From NCBI GenBank assembly GCA_963796535.1, contig CAWCMO010000022.1, positions 147-64,146 of the forward strand: DNA of 64,000 bases. Reading direction: 5' to 3'. Origin of the DNA: an uncultured Acidobacteriaceae bacterium. GTDB lineage: Bacteria > Acidobacteriota > Terriglobia > Terriglobales > Acidobacteriaceae. Each line of letters opens with the position of its first letter. Position 1 is the first letter of the stretch. Below, piece after piece: positions 31,155 to 40,314 of this stretch. Made by a program: the position numbers and the translations under genes. The notes below the pieces were generated by a model. It saw only the letters and a list, made by a program, of their open reading frames with translations, did not search any database and was not told the origin of the DNA.

Positions 31155-31190
31155 CTTTCTTTCTGTCATTCCCTCCGGGAATCTGCTTCT
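31155..31190 (+). repeat. GTCATTCCC palindromic repeat, copy 1 of 9
   Basis: CTTTCTTTCTGTCATTCCC-TCC-GGGAATCTGCTTCT. Confidence 0.9.
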
Positions 31191-31207
31191 GCCTTTGCCC
31201 ACCCAAA

Positions 31208-31235
31208 CACTAACCACTAGCCACTAACCACTGCC
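31208..31235 (-). repeat. Heptad array after the ftsA stop
   Basis: + strand CACTAAC CACTAGC CACTAAC CACTGCC. Confidence 0.75.
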
Positions 31236-31236
31236 T

Positions 31237-32464
31237 TTAAAAACTCCCCGCGAAGATCGACTTCAGCTTCTGCGCCAGTCCCTGTTCTTCGCTCGCCTTG
31301 CGTACCTGCGTGCGATGCGTATACAGCAACATGCCAATCGCGACGGAAAACTCTGGCTTCGCCAGCTCTGGCGGCATCCGGCTCAACGGCACCGGATATC
31401 CGATCCGCGCCGGCACCCGCAGCAAACTCTCCGCGTTATCCAGGAAGCCCACCAGGTGAGCGCCGCCGCCGGTAAATACGCAGCCCGCGCCCATCGCCTC
31501 CAGCACCCCGCCGGTGCGAAGATTGTCGCGCAGCATGGTCAGCAACTCGCGCGCCCGCGGCTCCAGGATCTCCGCCAGAAACCGCTGCCGCACCAACCGC
31601 ACCGATTGCCCTCCAACTGCCAGGTCGCTGCCAATCTCAATCTCGTTCATCTGCGGAATCGACGTCACCACGCAGTTGCCATACATCCGCTTCAACTGCT
31701 CGGCCTCTTCCACGCTCACATGCAGACCCACCGCAAGATCATTGGTAAAGTGATCCCCGCCGATCGGCAGGACCGCGGTATGCGCCACGCTGCCTTCGAA
31801 GAACACCACCAGCTCGGTCGAGCTCGCGCCAATATCCACCACGCAAACGCCCAGCTCGCGCTCGTCGGCCGACAGCACCGCCTCCGCCGCAGCAATCCCT
31901 TCAAACACCGTGTCCACTACCTCGAGCCCCGCCCGATTCGCGCACGTCACCGCGCTCTGCGACGCCGAACCTGAGCACGTTGAGAGATGCAGACAAACTT
32001 CCAGCCGGTTCCCCACCATCCCCACCGGATCATGGATTCCGTTCTGGTCGTCGAGAATAAATTGTTGCGGCAACAGGTGCAGAATCTCTCTATCCGGCGC
32101 CAGACCCACGCTCCGTGCCCGGTCGATCGCACGACCGCACATCCTCGCGCGTAATCTCTTTCATCCGGCTGCCCATGCTGATGCCGCCCTGCGAGTTCAT
32201 CCCGCGCACATGCGGCCCGCCAACCCCAACCACCGCCGTCTCAATCGGAGCCTTCGCCGAACGCTCCGCCGTCAACGCCGCCGCATTGATCGCCTTCGCC
32301 GCCGGCCCCAGATCCGAGATCACCCCGCGCCGCATTCCGCGCGACGCCTCGATTCCATGCCCCCGATATCGCAGCACGCCATCAATCAACTCCGCCACCA
32401 GCACGCAGCTCTTCGAGCTTCCCGCGTCCAGCACCGTGATCAGGTTGTCCATCTTTGCATTCAT
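31237..32464 (-). CDS. ftsA: Cell division protein FtsA, with an apparent +1 frameshift at ~32133
   Basis: LDAGSSKS...EITREDVR joins AIDRARSV...VVDIGASST...GGDHFTNDL...FTGGGA. Confidence 0.95.
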
Positions 32465-34095
32465 GGATTAGCTCCAGTCTTCGTGCTCACGCTGCCAGCG
32501 CCGGCTTTACTTGCTCCCGGCTTCGCATTTTTCGCAACGCTCCCCGTTCCCGCCTTATGTTGCTTCGCCAACTCAGCCTGATGCTCTGCCGCCAGCCGCT
32601 CAAACACCTTCTCATTGGCCGCGCTCATGCCAGATCCCGGCTTCGCCTTCCCAGCCACCGGCTTCGCCACAGGCTTCTTCGCCACAGGCGGACTCGCCTT
32701 CGCCGTCACCAGTTTTGACGTACCAACGGTCTTCGGGGCAGCAGGCTTCGTAGCCGGGGCGTTCATCACCACAGGCTTCGGCGCCGCAGCCTTCGGCATA
32801 TCCGCATGCGAGAAGTCAGGATTCACCACAGGCGGCTTCGTCGCACCAACATTCACCACAGCAGGCTTCACCACCGGTGGCTTCGACGCACCAACATTCA
32901 CCGCGCCAGGCTTCGCCGCAGGTAGCTTCGACGCACCGACATTCACTGCAGCAGGCTTCACCGCAACAGGCTTCGGCGCTGCAGGCTTCACACTCGCAAC
33001 CGGCTTTGGCACCATCGGCGCTGGACTCGCCACGCTGGTTGTCTGCGCCGCGCCTGTCCCGCCGGCCGCTGCCTTACCATCCCCCTGCATCTCCAGCACA
33101 ATCTGCCCTTCATACCGCATGTCCGCGGACGCCAGCTTCGGATACTGCTGCTTCCACTCCTGCAGATGCGCCTCGAACTGCTGGTACCGCTGCAGAAACT
33201 GTTCCTGCCCAAAGTGCACCAGCACGTCTGAACTTCCCGACGTAATCAGCGCCTTCACATCCTCCGGATCCGCAACATCCACCTCGCTCACCGACTCCGT
33301 CAAGCGCTGCCCCGATGCATCCAGGTCATGCATAAACTGCTCGAAGATCTCCATCTTCGCCGCGCGCTCCGACCCCGCTTCATCCGCCGACAATCCCGTG
33401 AGCACCGGAAACGAATAGTGCGGATCCCCGGCCGCATCCGCCGGCATATCCAGCAGCACGCCACTAGCATCCACCAGCCCGATCTGCGACCCCTGCCGCA
33501 CAAACGCCACCGGCGTCCGCTCCGCAATCTCTACACGCAGCACATTCGGCAACAGCCGCATCACCGTCGCATGGCCCACCCAGGGCAACCGCTCCAGGTC
33601 GGCCTGCCGCTCCCCCAGCGATACTCGAAAGATATTCCGCTCCAGGTCGGCGCCAAACACGCTCACAATCTGGTCGCGCGTCAGGTGGTCCGCGCCGGTG
33701 ATCTGGATGTCATCCGAACTCGCCAGCACAAACCGCGCATCGTGCATCAGGTAAGAGCGCACGCCGGCAACCGCGACCGCAACGGCCGCCAGCAACGAGA
33801 ACGCCACGACACCCAGAACGATCCGCCCGGCCACGCTGCGCGGCAGGCTGCGAAATCGCAGCAGCTTCCCGCGCTGCGGAACATACTCGGACTCGTCCGG
33901 ATAGGAGCTCTCAGCCCCCGCTTCCCCGTAGCGATTGATACCATACCCGCGCTGCAGCGCGCCCGCCGGCGCCGGCCCTTTGCGCCCTCCCCGAACCTCA
34001 GCCTCGGAAGCGTAGCTCTCCTCAGGCGCCGTCAGCACCGCCGAGCCCAGTCCGGAGTCATACCCGGACACGCGCTTCGCACCTGTCTTCTTCAT
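32461..34095 (-). CDS. ftsQ: Cell division protein FtsQ/DivIB with a long Pro/Lys/Ala-rich tail
   Basis: TM, POTRA-like (LPWVGHATVMRLLP, ERTPVA) and DMRY; located between murC and ftsA. Confidence 0.9.
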   Translation of the reverse strand: MKKTGAKRVSGYDSGLGSAVLTAPEESYASEAEVRGGRKGPAPAGALQRGYGINRYGEAGAESSYPDESEYVPQRGKLLRFRSLPRSVAGRIVLGVVAFSLLAAVAVAVAGVRSYLMHDARFVLASSDDIQITGADHLTRDQIVSVFGADLERNIFRVSLGERQADLERLPWVGHATVMRLLPNVLRVEIAERTPVAFVRQGSQIGLVDASGVLLDMPADAAGDPHYSFPVLTGLSADEAGSERAAKMEIFEQFMHDLDASGQRLTESVSEVDVADPEDVKALITSGSSDVLVHFGQEQFLQRYQQFEAHLQEWKQQYPKLASADMRYEGQIVLEMQGDGKAAAGGTGAAQTTSVASPAPMVPKPVASVKPAAPKPVAVKPAAVNVGASKLPAAKPGAVNVGASKPPVVKPAVVNVGATKPPVVNPDFSHADMPKAAAPKPVVMNAPATKPAAPKTVGTSKLVTAKASPPVAKKPVAKPVAGKAKPGSGMSAANEKVFERLAAEHQAELAKQHKAGTGSVAKNAKPGASKAGAGSVSTKTGANP

Positions 34096-34232
34096 CTCCG
34101 CCTGGCCCTGAGCAAGGCCGCGGAAGAATCGCCGTTACCACAACTATAACGGCCCCCACTCCCCCCGCCGAAATACCTCTCCCCGGGGTACCCCATCAGG
34201 AACATTTGCCACCCTAATTCCAAACGCCGTCC

Positions 34233-35732
34233 TTAATTCCCGCCGTCCGCGGAGGATCGCAAAGCATCCAGCAGCATCGGCCCCGCCTGCGACACGCTCC
34301 CCGCCCCCAGCGTCAAAATCATCTCGCCCGGCCGCGCATCCTCCGCCAACCGCTCCACCGCCTCCGCCATCGACGCCGCGTACATCACGCGCCCCCCGCC
34401 CCTCTCGCGAATCGCCGCCGCCAGCGTCTCGCCCGTGATCCCCTCAATCGGCGACTCACTCGCCGCGTAAATGTCCAGCACCTGCACGGCGTCGGCATCC
34501 CCAAACGCCCCCGCAAAGTCCTCCATCAAATCCCTCGTCCTTGTATAACGATGTGGCTGGAACAGCACCAGCACCCGTCCATACCCACACTCCCGAGCCG
34601 CCTGCAGCGTCGCCCGAATCTCCGTCGGATGATGCCCATAGTCATCAATCACGGTCACCCCACGCTCCACGCCGCGCACCTGAAATCTTCTATCCACCCC
34701 CCGAAACGTAGCCAGCCCCGCAGCAATCGCCTCAGGAGTAAGTCCCAACTGCACCCCAATCGCCACCGCCGCCGTAGCATTCAGCACATTATGCCGCCCC
34801 GGCACATGCAGCTCAAACGGCCCCAGCACCAACCCCCGCGCATTCACCTCAAACCGCGCATGCGCCTCCCCACCACCCGCTACACCAACCCCCGCATCCC
34901 CACGGAACTGGGTGCCCCGGGTCCGGATTTTCGGACCCGGGTTTACAGATTCGCCCGGCAACATCCTCAACCGAAAGTCCGCCTCCGCGCTCGCGCCATA
35001 CGTATAAACCCGCCGCCTCACCCGCGGCAGAATCCCCCGCAGCCGCGCGTCATCCACGCAAGCCGTCACCGCTCCATAAAACGGCACCTTATCCATGAAC
35101 TCCACAAAGCAGTTCTCCACATCGGCCATGTCCTTATACGAATCCATGTGTTCGCGATCAAGATTCGTCACCACCGCAAGAATCGGTGACAGCATCAGAA
35201 AGCTCCGATCACTCTCATCAGCTTCTGCAACGAGATATTGCGAACGACCCAGCCGCGCATTCGATCCCATAGCATCCACGCGACCGCCTACCACCACCGT
35301 CGGATCCAGCTCCCCGCCCGCCAGCACGGCCGCCACCATGCTCGTCGTCGTGGTCTTCCCATGCATCCCGGCAATCGCAATCCCATACTTCAGCCGCATC
35401 AACTCCGCCAGCATCTCCGCCCGCTGAATCACCGGAATCTTCCGCGCCCGCGCCTCCACCACCTCAGGATTATCCCTAGCCACCGCCGAGCTAGTCACCA
35501 CCACATCACTAGCCGCAGCATTGCCCGCCGCATGCCCCAAATAAATCACAGCCCCCAACCGTTCCAATCGCTCCGTAGTAGCCGACGCCCGCAGGTCCGA
35601 CCCCGAAACCGCATACCCCATCGTCAGCAGGATCTCCGCGATCCCACTCATCCCAATCCCGCCAATCCCAATAAAGTGCACCCTCTGCGAAGGCGCAAAC
35701 ATAGCATGTTCCGGCAATCCCGAAGTCTTCAT
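34233..35732 (-). CDS. murC: UDP-N-acetylmuramate--L-alanine ligase
   Basis: HFIGIGGIGMSG, GMHGKTTTT, EADESD, DDYGHHPTE and FQPHRYTR motifs. Start uncertain (35732 or 35750). Confidence 0.97.
   Translation of the reverse strand: MKTSGLPEHAMFAPSQRVHFIGIGGIGMSGIAEILLTMGYAVSGSDLRASATTERLERLGAVIYLGHAAGNAAASDVVVTSSAVARDNPEVVEARARKIPVIQRAEMLAELMRLKYGIAIAGMHGKTTTTSMVAAVLAGGELDPTVVVGGRVDAMGSNARLGRSQYLVAEADESDRSFLMLSPILAVVTNLDREHMDSYKDMADVENCFVEFMDKVPFYGAVTACVDDARLRGILPRVRRRVYTYGASAEADFRLRMLPGESVNPGPKIRTRGTQFRGDAGVGVAGGGEAHARFEVNARGLVLGPFELHVPGRHNVLNATAAVAIGVQLGLTPEAIAAGLATFRGVDRRFQVRGVERGVTVIDDYGHHPTEIRATLQAARECGYGRVLVLFQPHRYTRTRDLMEDFAGAFGDADAVQVLDIYAASESPIEGITGETLAAAIRERGGGRVMYAASMAEAVERLAEDARPGEMILTLGAGSVSQAGPMLLDALRSSADGGN
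34910..34942 (+). repeat. Palindrome inside the murC coding sequence
   Basis: GGGTGC-CCCGGGTCCG-GATTTT-CGGACCCGGG, a perfect 10-bp stem. Confidence 0.7.
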
Positions 35733-35780
35733 CGCTATGTATTGTCCCACCCTCGGACCTTGTGCATGCTATACAAACTC

Positions 35781-36842
35781 ATGCGCCCAGCCCACCTCCT
35801 CCTAGCCGCCGTCCTCGCCGCGCCCCTATATGCCCAGACCACCCACACCCTCCTGGCCACGCCCTCCACCGTTGCCTGGGGCTATTACTCTGCGCACGCC
35901 AAGCCCGTCCTCACCGTTCACTCCGGCGACACCGTCATCATGCAGACCGCCTCCACCTGCGGCCCACCCGAGCGCCTCCAGTCCGAAGGCGTCGCCCCCG
36001 ACAGAATCCCCGCCTGGCTAGCTCCCCTCTACGCCGGCGTCCCTGCATCCGACCGCGGCCCCGGCGGCCACATCTTGACTGGCCCGGTAGCAGTGGCCGA
36101 TGCAGCACCCGGCGACATCCTCGAAGTCCGCGTCCTCAAAATCGACATCACCACTGACTTCGCCTGCAACGGCTTCGGCGCCGGCCGCGGCTTCCTCCCC
36201 GACGACTATCCCTACGGCCGCACCAAAATCATCCCCCTCAACCGCGAGAAGATGACGGCGGACTTCGCCTCCGGCATCACCATTCCTCTCCGTCCCTTCT
36301 TCGGCTCCATGGGCATCGCACCACCCGAGTCCGCCGGCAAGTGGAACTCCGCGCCCCCCTGGATGCACGGCGGCAACATGGACAACAAGGAGCTCACCGC
36401 TGGCTCCGTCATCTTCTACCCTGTCCACGCCGAAGGCGCCCTCTTCGAAGCTGGTGACGGCCACGCCGGCCAGGGCAACGGCGAAGTCGACATCACCGCC
36501 CTCGAAACCTTCCTCACCGGCACCTTCCAATTCGTCCTCCACAAGGGCGAAGCCACGCGCCAGCGCCTCCTCTGGCCCCGCGCAGAAACCCCTACCGCCT
36601 ACATCGCGATGGGTTTTTCGCCTGACTTAAAGACCGCCACCGAGATGGCCGTCCGCAACATGATTACCTTCCTCTCCGACCAAAACCCCGACTACCCCCA
36701 CCTCTCCCGCGACGACGCCTACGCCCTCATCTCCACCGCCTGCGACGTAGACATCACCCAACTCGTCGACACCAACGACGGCGTCCACGTCCTCTGCCCC
36801 AAGTCCCTCTTCACCGGCCCCAAATCCCCACCTAAACCATAA
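35781..36842 (+). CDS. Secreted acetamidase/formamidase family protein
   Basis: GHILTGPV, PFFGSMG, HGGNMD and GDGHAGQGNGEV..TALE motifs. Confidence 0.92.
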   Translation: MRPAHLLLAAVLAAPLYAQTTHTLLATPSTVAWGYYSAHAKPVLTVHSGDTVIMQTASTCGPPERLQSEGVAPDRIPAWLAPLYAGVPASDRGPGGHILTGPVAVADAAPGDILEVRVLKIDITTDFACNGFGAGRGFLPDDYPYGRTKIIPLNREKMTADFASGITIPLRPFFGSMGIAPPESAGKWNSAPPWMHGGNMDNKELTAGSVIFYPVHAEGALFEAGDGHAGQGNGEVDITALETFLTGTFQFVLHKGEATRQRLLWPRAETPTAYIAMGFSPDLKTATEMAVRNMITFLSDQNPDYPHLSRDDAYALISTACDVDITQLVDTNDGVHVLCPKSLFTGPKSPPKP

Positions 36843-36855
36843 ACAGTCGTAGCAG

Positions 36856-38791
36856 CGAACTTGCCGATAACGTGATTTTGCAGGAACCTCCCCTGAAGAC
36901 TCTGCCTTCGTCGATGAGTGACTCGGCGATAATGCGCCAATTGAGAGAGTCGACGAAATTTCGGTAGTGAGGAACCACCGAACCTTCGTGATCGTATGTG
37001 CTTTTATGCCAGCACCATTCCATCGGATCTGTGTCATATCGTTCATGCTTGCCACAACGGCCTCTCTTGCACCAGGTCAGGCGGCGATGCCACCTGCCGG
37101 TTCCGCGACGACAGCCGACTTTCCTGTGTGGGGAGATTTGCGGCCCGGGACCTACAGCGCCGGATTTAAGAGCATCTTCCGGTACGACAACTCACGCACC
37201 TGGAAATCCACCCGAAGCTACACCGGCGCATTTTCCCCTGATTTAGATGGGCGGCCCATCCAGATCAGCATCTGGTATCCAGCGAACGCAGGCTCATCGG
37301 ACAAGAGGATGACCTTCGCCGACTACGTGGATCAGAGTGCTCCGCAGAACTTCACCCAACTCAATGGCATCATGAAGCAACGCAGCCGCGGCGACGCCGC
37401 AGGCTCTGTCCCACACAGCGAGCTTTCTGCACTGCAGTCGCTCACGATGAACGCATATCGAAATGCCCAGCCAGCCGCAGGGCGTTTCCCTGTGGTGCTT
37501 TACTTCGCTGGATTGAGTGCTCCGATCAACTCCAATGCCATCATGTCCGAGTATCTCGCAAGCCACGGCTACATCGTCGCCAGCATCTCCTTGATTGGCC
37601 CATCCGATGAAGAGACCTTTCAATCGCGCACCTCGAACGACTTTGAAGCCACAGTCCGTGACATGGAGTTTGCCTGGTCCGTACTTCAGGATCAGCCGAA
37701 CGCAGATAGCGCGCGCCTGGCCGTGATGGGACACAGCGTAGGCGCCATCGAAGCCGTCATCCTGGGCATGCGCAATGCAAACGTCTCGGCCGTGATCGCT
37801 CTCGATGGGACCTACGGCTTTGAAGGGCTCTCTTCAACACTGACCAACTCCTACGCGTATGACCCTGGAAAGATGCGAGCTGCTTTTCTCGATCTGCGGC
37901 GTGCCAGAGGTGCGCAGGGCAATGAACCACTGAACCTCAGTGCAGTCGAGTCATTTCGTCATGCCAACCGTACCTTCATCACCATCGACAAGATGCATCA
38001 CAGCGACTTCACTTCGTTTGCCATGATTGGAGCGTATTTTCATTCGCCACTCCCAACCGGTTATCCACTCAACGGCTGGAATCGCGAGACAGGTCGCGCT
38101 GGCTACCAGGCCGTATGCAGAATCGTGCTCTCCACACTCGACGCAGACTTGAAGTCAGATTCCACGGCAATGGCCATGACGGAACGCGAGATGCAGCAGA
38201 GGAGCGGAATCACTATTCGACATGAAAGCGCTGTTCCACCTCCGCCGTCGCCGCTGGAGGCCGCGGCGCTCGCTGCCAGCAAAGGCCTCGATGCCGCAGA
38301 GTCTGCCTTCACCGTCAGTTGCGGACAAGACGCACTCGCGTCGTGCATGAATGTAGATCGCTTCAACACATGGGGCTACAACCTTCTCGGACAGCAACGA
38401 TCAAAGGATGCTCTGGCGGTATTTCAATTGAATGCCTGGGCCCACCCGCAAAGCGCGAACGCGCAAGACAGCTTGTCCGACGCCTTCGGCGCAGTCGGAG
38501 ATAAGAAAAGTGCGAAGGGCGCGATTGAGCGAGCGATCGCTCTTGCGCCCGCCGATCCCTCTTTTGATTCCACTGCAAGATCGGCCTTCCTGTCCGAGGA
38601 GAACGCTAAGCTCCAGCAATTCAAATAGGTTGTCAATCGAACCGTCTATCGAACTCCCGCGCTTGCCACTGACATGCGGATGTCTAATGAACAAGCCGGT
38701 CTTCCTGTCGACTGTCGCCAACAGGCCGAGCCACTCATCGAGGGTTCTCGGATTCGAGATTCCCCGCAAAACGGCGCTATCGGAAACTTCG
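36856..38791 (+). mobile_element. Putative gene cassette 3 bounded by inverted dif-like sites S5/S6
   Basis: S5 (36856-36887) CGAA-CTTGCCGATAA-CGTGAT-TTTGCAGGAAC; S6 (minus, 38760-38791) CGAA-GTTTCCGATAG-CGCCGT-TTTGCGGGGAA; 23/32 identical by hand count. Confidence 0.6.
37006..38628 (+). CDS. Secreted alpha/beta hydrolase with a C-terminal TPR-like region
   Basis: GRFPVVLY, LASHGYIV, nucleophile GHSVG, HSDF and NAQDSLSDA. Start uncertain. Confidence 0.8.
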   Translation: MPAPFHRICVISFMLATTASLAPGQAAMPPAGSATTADFPVWGDLRPGTYSAGFKSIFRYDNSRTWKSTRSYTGAFSPDLDGRPIQISIWYPANAGSSDKRMTFADYVDQSAPQNFTQLNGIMKQRSRGDAAGSVPHSELSALQSLTMNAYRNAQPAAGRFPVVLYFAGLSAPINSNAIMSEYLASHGYIVASISLIGPSDEETFQSRTSNDFEATVRDMEFAWSVLQDQPNADSARLAVMGHSVGAIEAVILGMRNANVSAVIALDGTYGFEGLSSTLTNSYAYDPGKMRAAFLDLRRARGAQGNEPLNLSAVESFRHANRTFITIDKMHHSDFTSFAMIGAYFHSPLPTGYPLNGWNRETGRAGYQAVCRIVLSTLDADLKSDSTAMAMTEREMQQRSGITIRHESAVPPPPSPLEAAALAASKGLDAAESAFTVSCGQDALASCMNVDRFNTWGYNLLGQQRSKDALAVFQLNAWAHPQSANAQDSLSDAFGAVGDKKSAKGAIERAIALAPADPSFDSTARSAFLSEENAKLQQFK

Positions 38792-38810
38792 CCCGCTTGC
38801 CCTCAAACCT

Positions 38811-39127
38811 TGTCAACCCCCGAAACCCCTAGAAAATCGCCAAAACCCCTGTCAACACTGGCGATTTATATTTTCAAAACTTGGCATAGTACCCCCCACC
38901 CACCAACTACAATAGAGATCGCCCCCACCATCCGTTACCACCACCATCCCAATCCTGCCCGAACGGAACCTAACCCCTTTAGAATACCTATTTTCCCCGT
39001 AAGCCTTCTGGATAGAATAGTTACGAGCCATTTTCACTCGCAAACCCACAAGGACCTTGCCACTTAACCGCCTCATTATCAATTGCTTATCCCCCGTTTT
39101 CACCTCTGAGGGGGAGGGCGTACCCCC
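38811..39127 (+). repeat. Long non-coding element, copy A
   Basis: TGTCAACCCC...AACTTGGCATAGT...CTACAAT...TAA-N18/19-TTA x2...GGGGGAGGGCGTACCCCC; paralogous to 59662-60086. Confidence 0.7.
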
Positions 39128-39349
39128 ACCCACGCCAAGATTCCCTCCGCGGCCCCAACCGGGGAGGCGGCGATCAGCAACCGCGTGCAATTCTTGAAAT
39201 CAGTCCTCAGACACCGAAACAAATTGCCTTAAATACGTGTCTAATCTGATCGAGAGCCGGATTCGGAGAACCAACCATCCGGACTCTCCTCGCCGCCCTC
39301 GCAGACCTTGCTACAATCTTGCGAACGCCGGCCGGAAGGTTAGGATTCC

Positions 39350-40240
39350 ATGCAACTCACCCACCCACTTCGCATCTCTCTCACCGCGCTGACAATCGGC
39401 ACAGCCGCACTCATGGCCGCGCCAGCGTCGCACGCGCAAAACTATTCGGACCCTCAGGCTCAGACGTACCAGGGCCAGCCTCCTCCTCCTCCTCAGGGCC
39501 AGTATCCTCAGGATCAGGACGACCAGGGTTATCAGGCTCCTCGCCCACCCGCAATCCAAGCCAACGTCGCACCCCCGCCCATCCCTGTCTATGATCAGCC
39601 AGAAATCCCCGGCGACGGCTACCTCTGGACGCCCGGCTACTGGGCCTGGGGCGGTAACAGCTACTACTGGGTCAACGGCGCCTGGGTGCTTCCTCCCTAC
39701 TCCGGAGCCCTGTGGACCCCCGGCTACTGGGGCTACGGTGGTGGCTACTACGGCTGGTATCCCGGCTACTGGGGCCTGACCATCGGCTACTATGGCGGCA
39801 TCAACTACGGCTGGGGCTACTTCGGCATCGGCTTCTACGGCGGCTACTGGCGCGGAGGCCACTTCTGGTATAACGGCGCCTACGGCCACTATGGCGCCGG
39901 CTTCCACGGCAACACCTATCACCAGGAGTACGCCGGCTACCATGGCGGCGGATTCGGCGGCCATGCCGGCGGAGCCTCCTACGCCCATACCAGCTATAAC
40001 GGCGGCGGCAGCAGCTACCGTGGCTCTGGCATCAACGGCGCCAGCCGCGGAGGCTACAGTGGCGAAAGCCACGGCAGCTACAGCGGTAATGCAAGCCACG
40101 GCAGTTACGGCGGCGGCAGCTACGGCGGCGGCAACGCAAGCCATGGCAACTACAGCGGCGGCGCCGGTCACTACAGCGGCGGTGGCGGCGGACACGGCGG
40201 CGGTGGTGGTCACGGTGGTGGCGGCGGCGGACATCACTAA
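39350..40240 (+). CDS. Secreted YXWGXW-repeat protein with a Gly/His/Ser/Tyr-rich tail
   Basis: Signal peptide; APPPIPVYDQP; repeated WTPGYW/WVNGAW. Confidence 0.88.
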   Translation: MQLTHPLRISLTALTIGTAALMAAPASHAQNYSDPQAQTYQGQPPPPPQGQYPQDQDDQGYQAPRPPAIQANVAPPPIPVYDQPEIPGDGYLWTPGYWAWGGNSYYWVNGAWVLPPYSGALWTPGYWGYGGGYYGWYPGYWGLTIGYYGGINYGWGYFGIGFYGGYWRGGHFWYNGAYGHYGAGFHGNTYHQEYAGYHGGGFGGHAGGASYAHTSYNGGGSSYRGSGINGASRGGYSGESHGSYSGNASHGSYGGGSYGGGNASHGNYSGGAGHYSGGGGGHGGGGGHGGGGGGHH

Positions 40241-40268
40241 TCAGCGAATCTGCTGACCAACAAGAATC

Positions 40269-40297
40269 AAGGGCTGAGGATAAATTCCTCAGCCCTT
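40269..40297. terminator. Bidirectional terminator after murG
   Basis: AAGGGCTGAGGA-TAAAT-TCCTCAGCCCTT. Confidence 0.85.
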
Positions 40298-40314
40298 CTT
40301 CTTTGTTCCCGAAT

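Noticed and set aside
34150-34195. GGGGTACCCC palindrome between murC and ftsQ as a remnant of the long element
   Set aside because: Match is too short and the other element motifs are absent.
38881-38900. sigma54 promoter from TTGGCA
   Set aside because: No TTGC -12 element at the required spacing in either copy.
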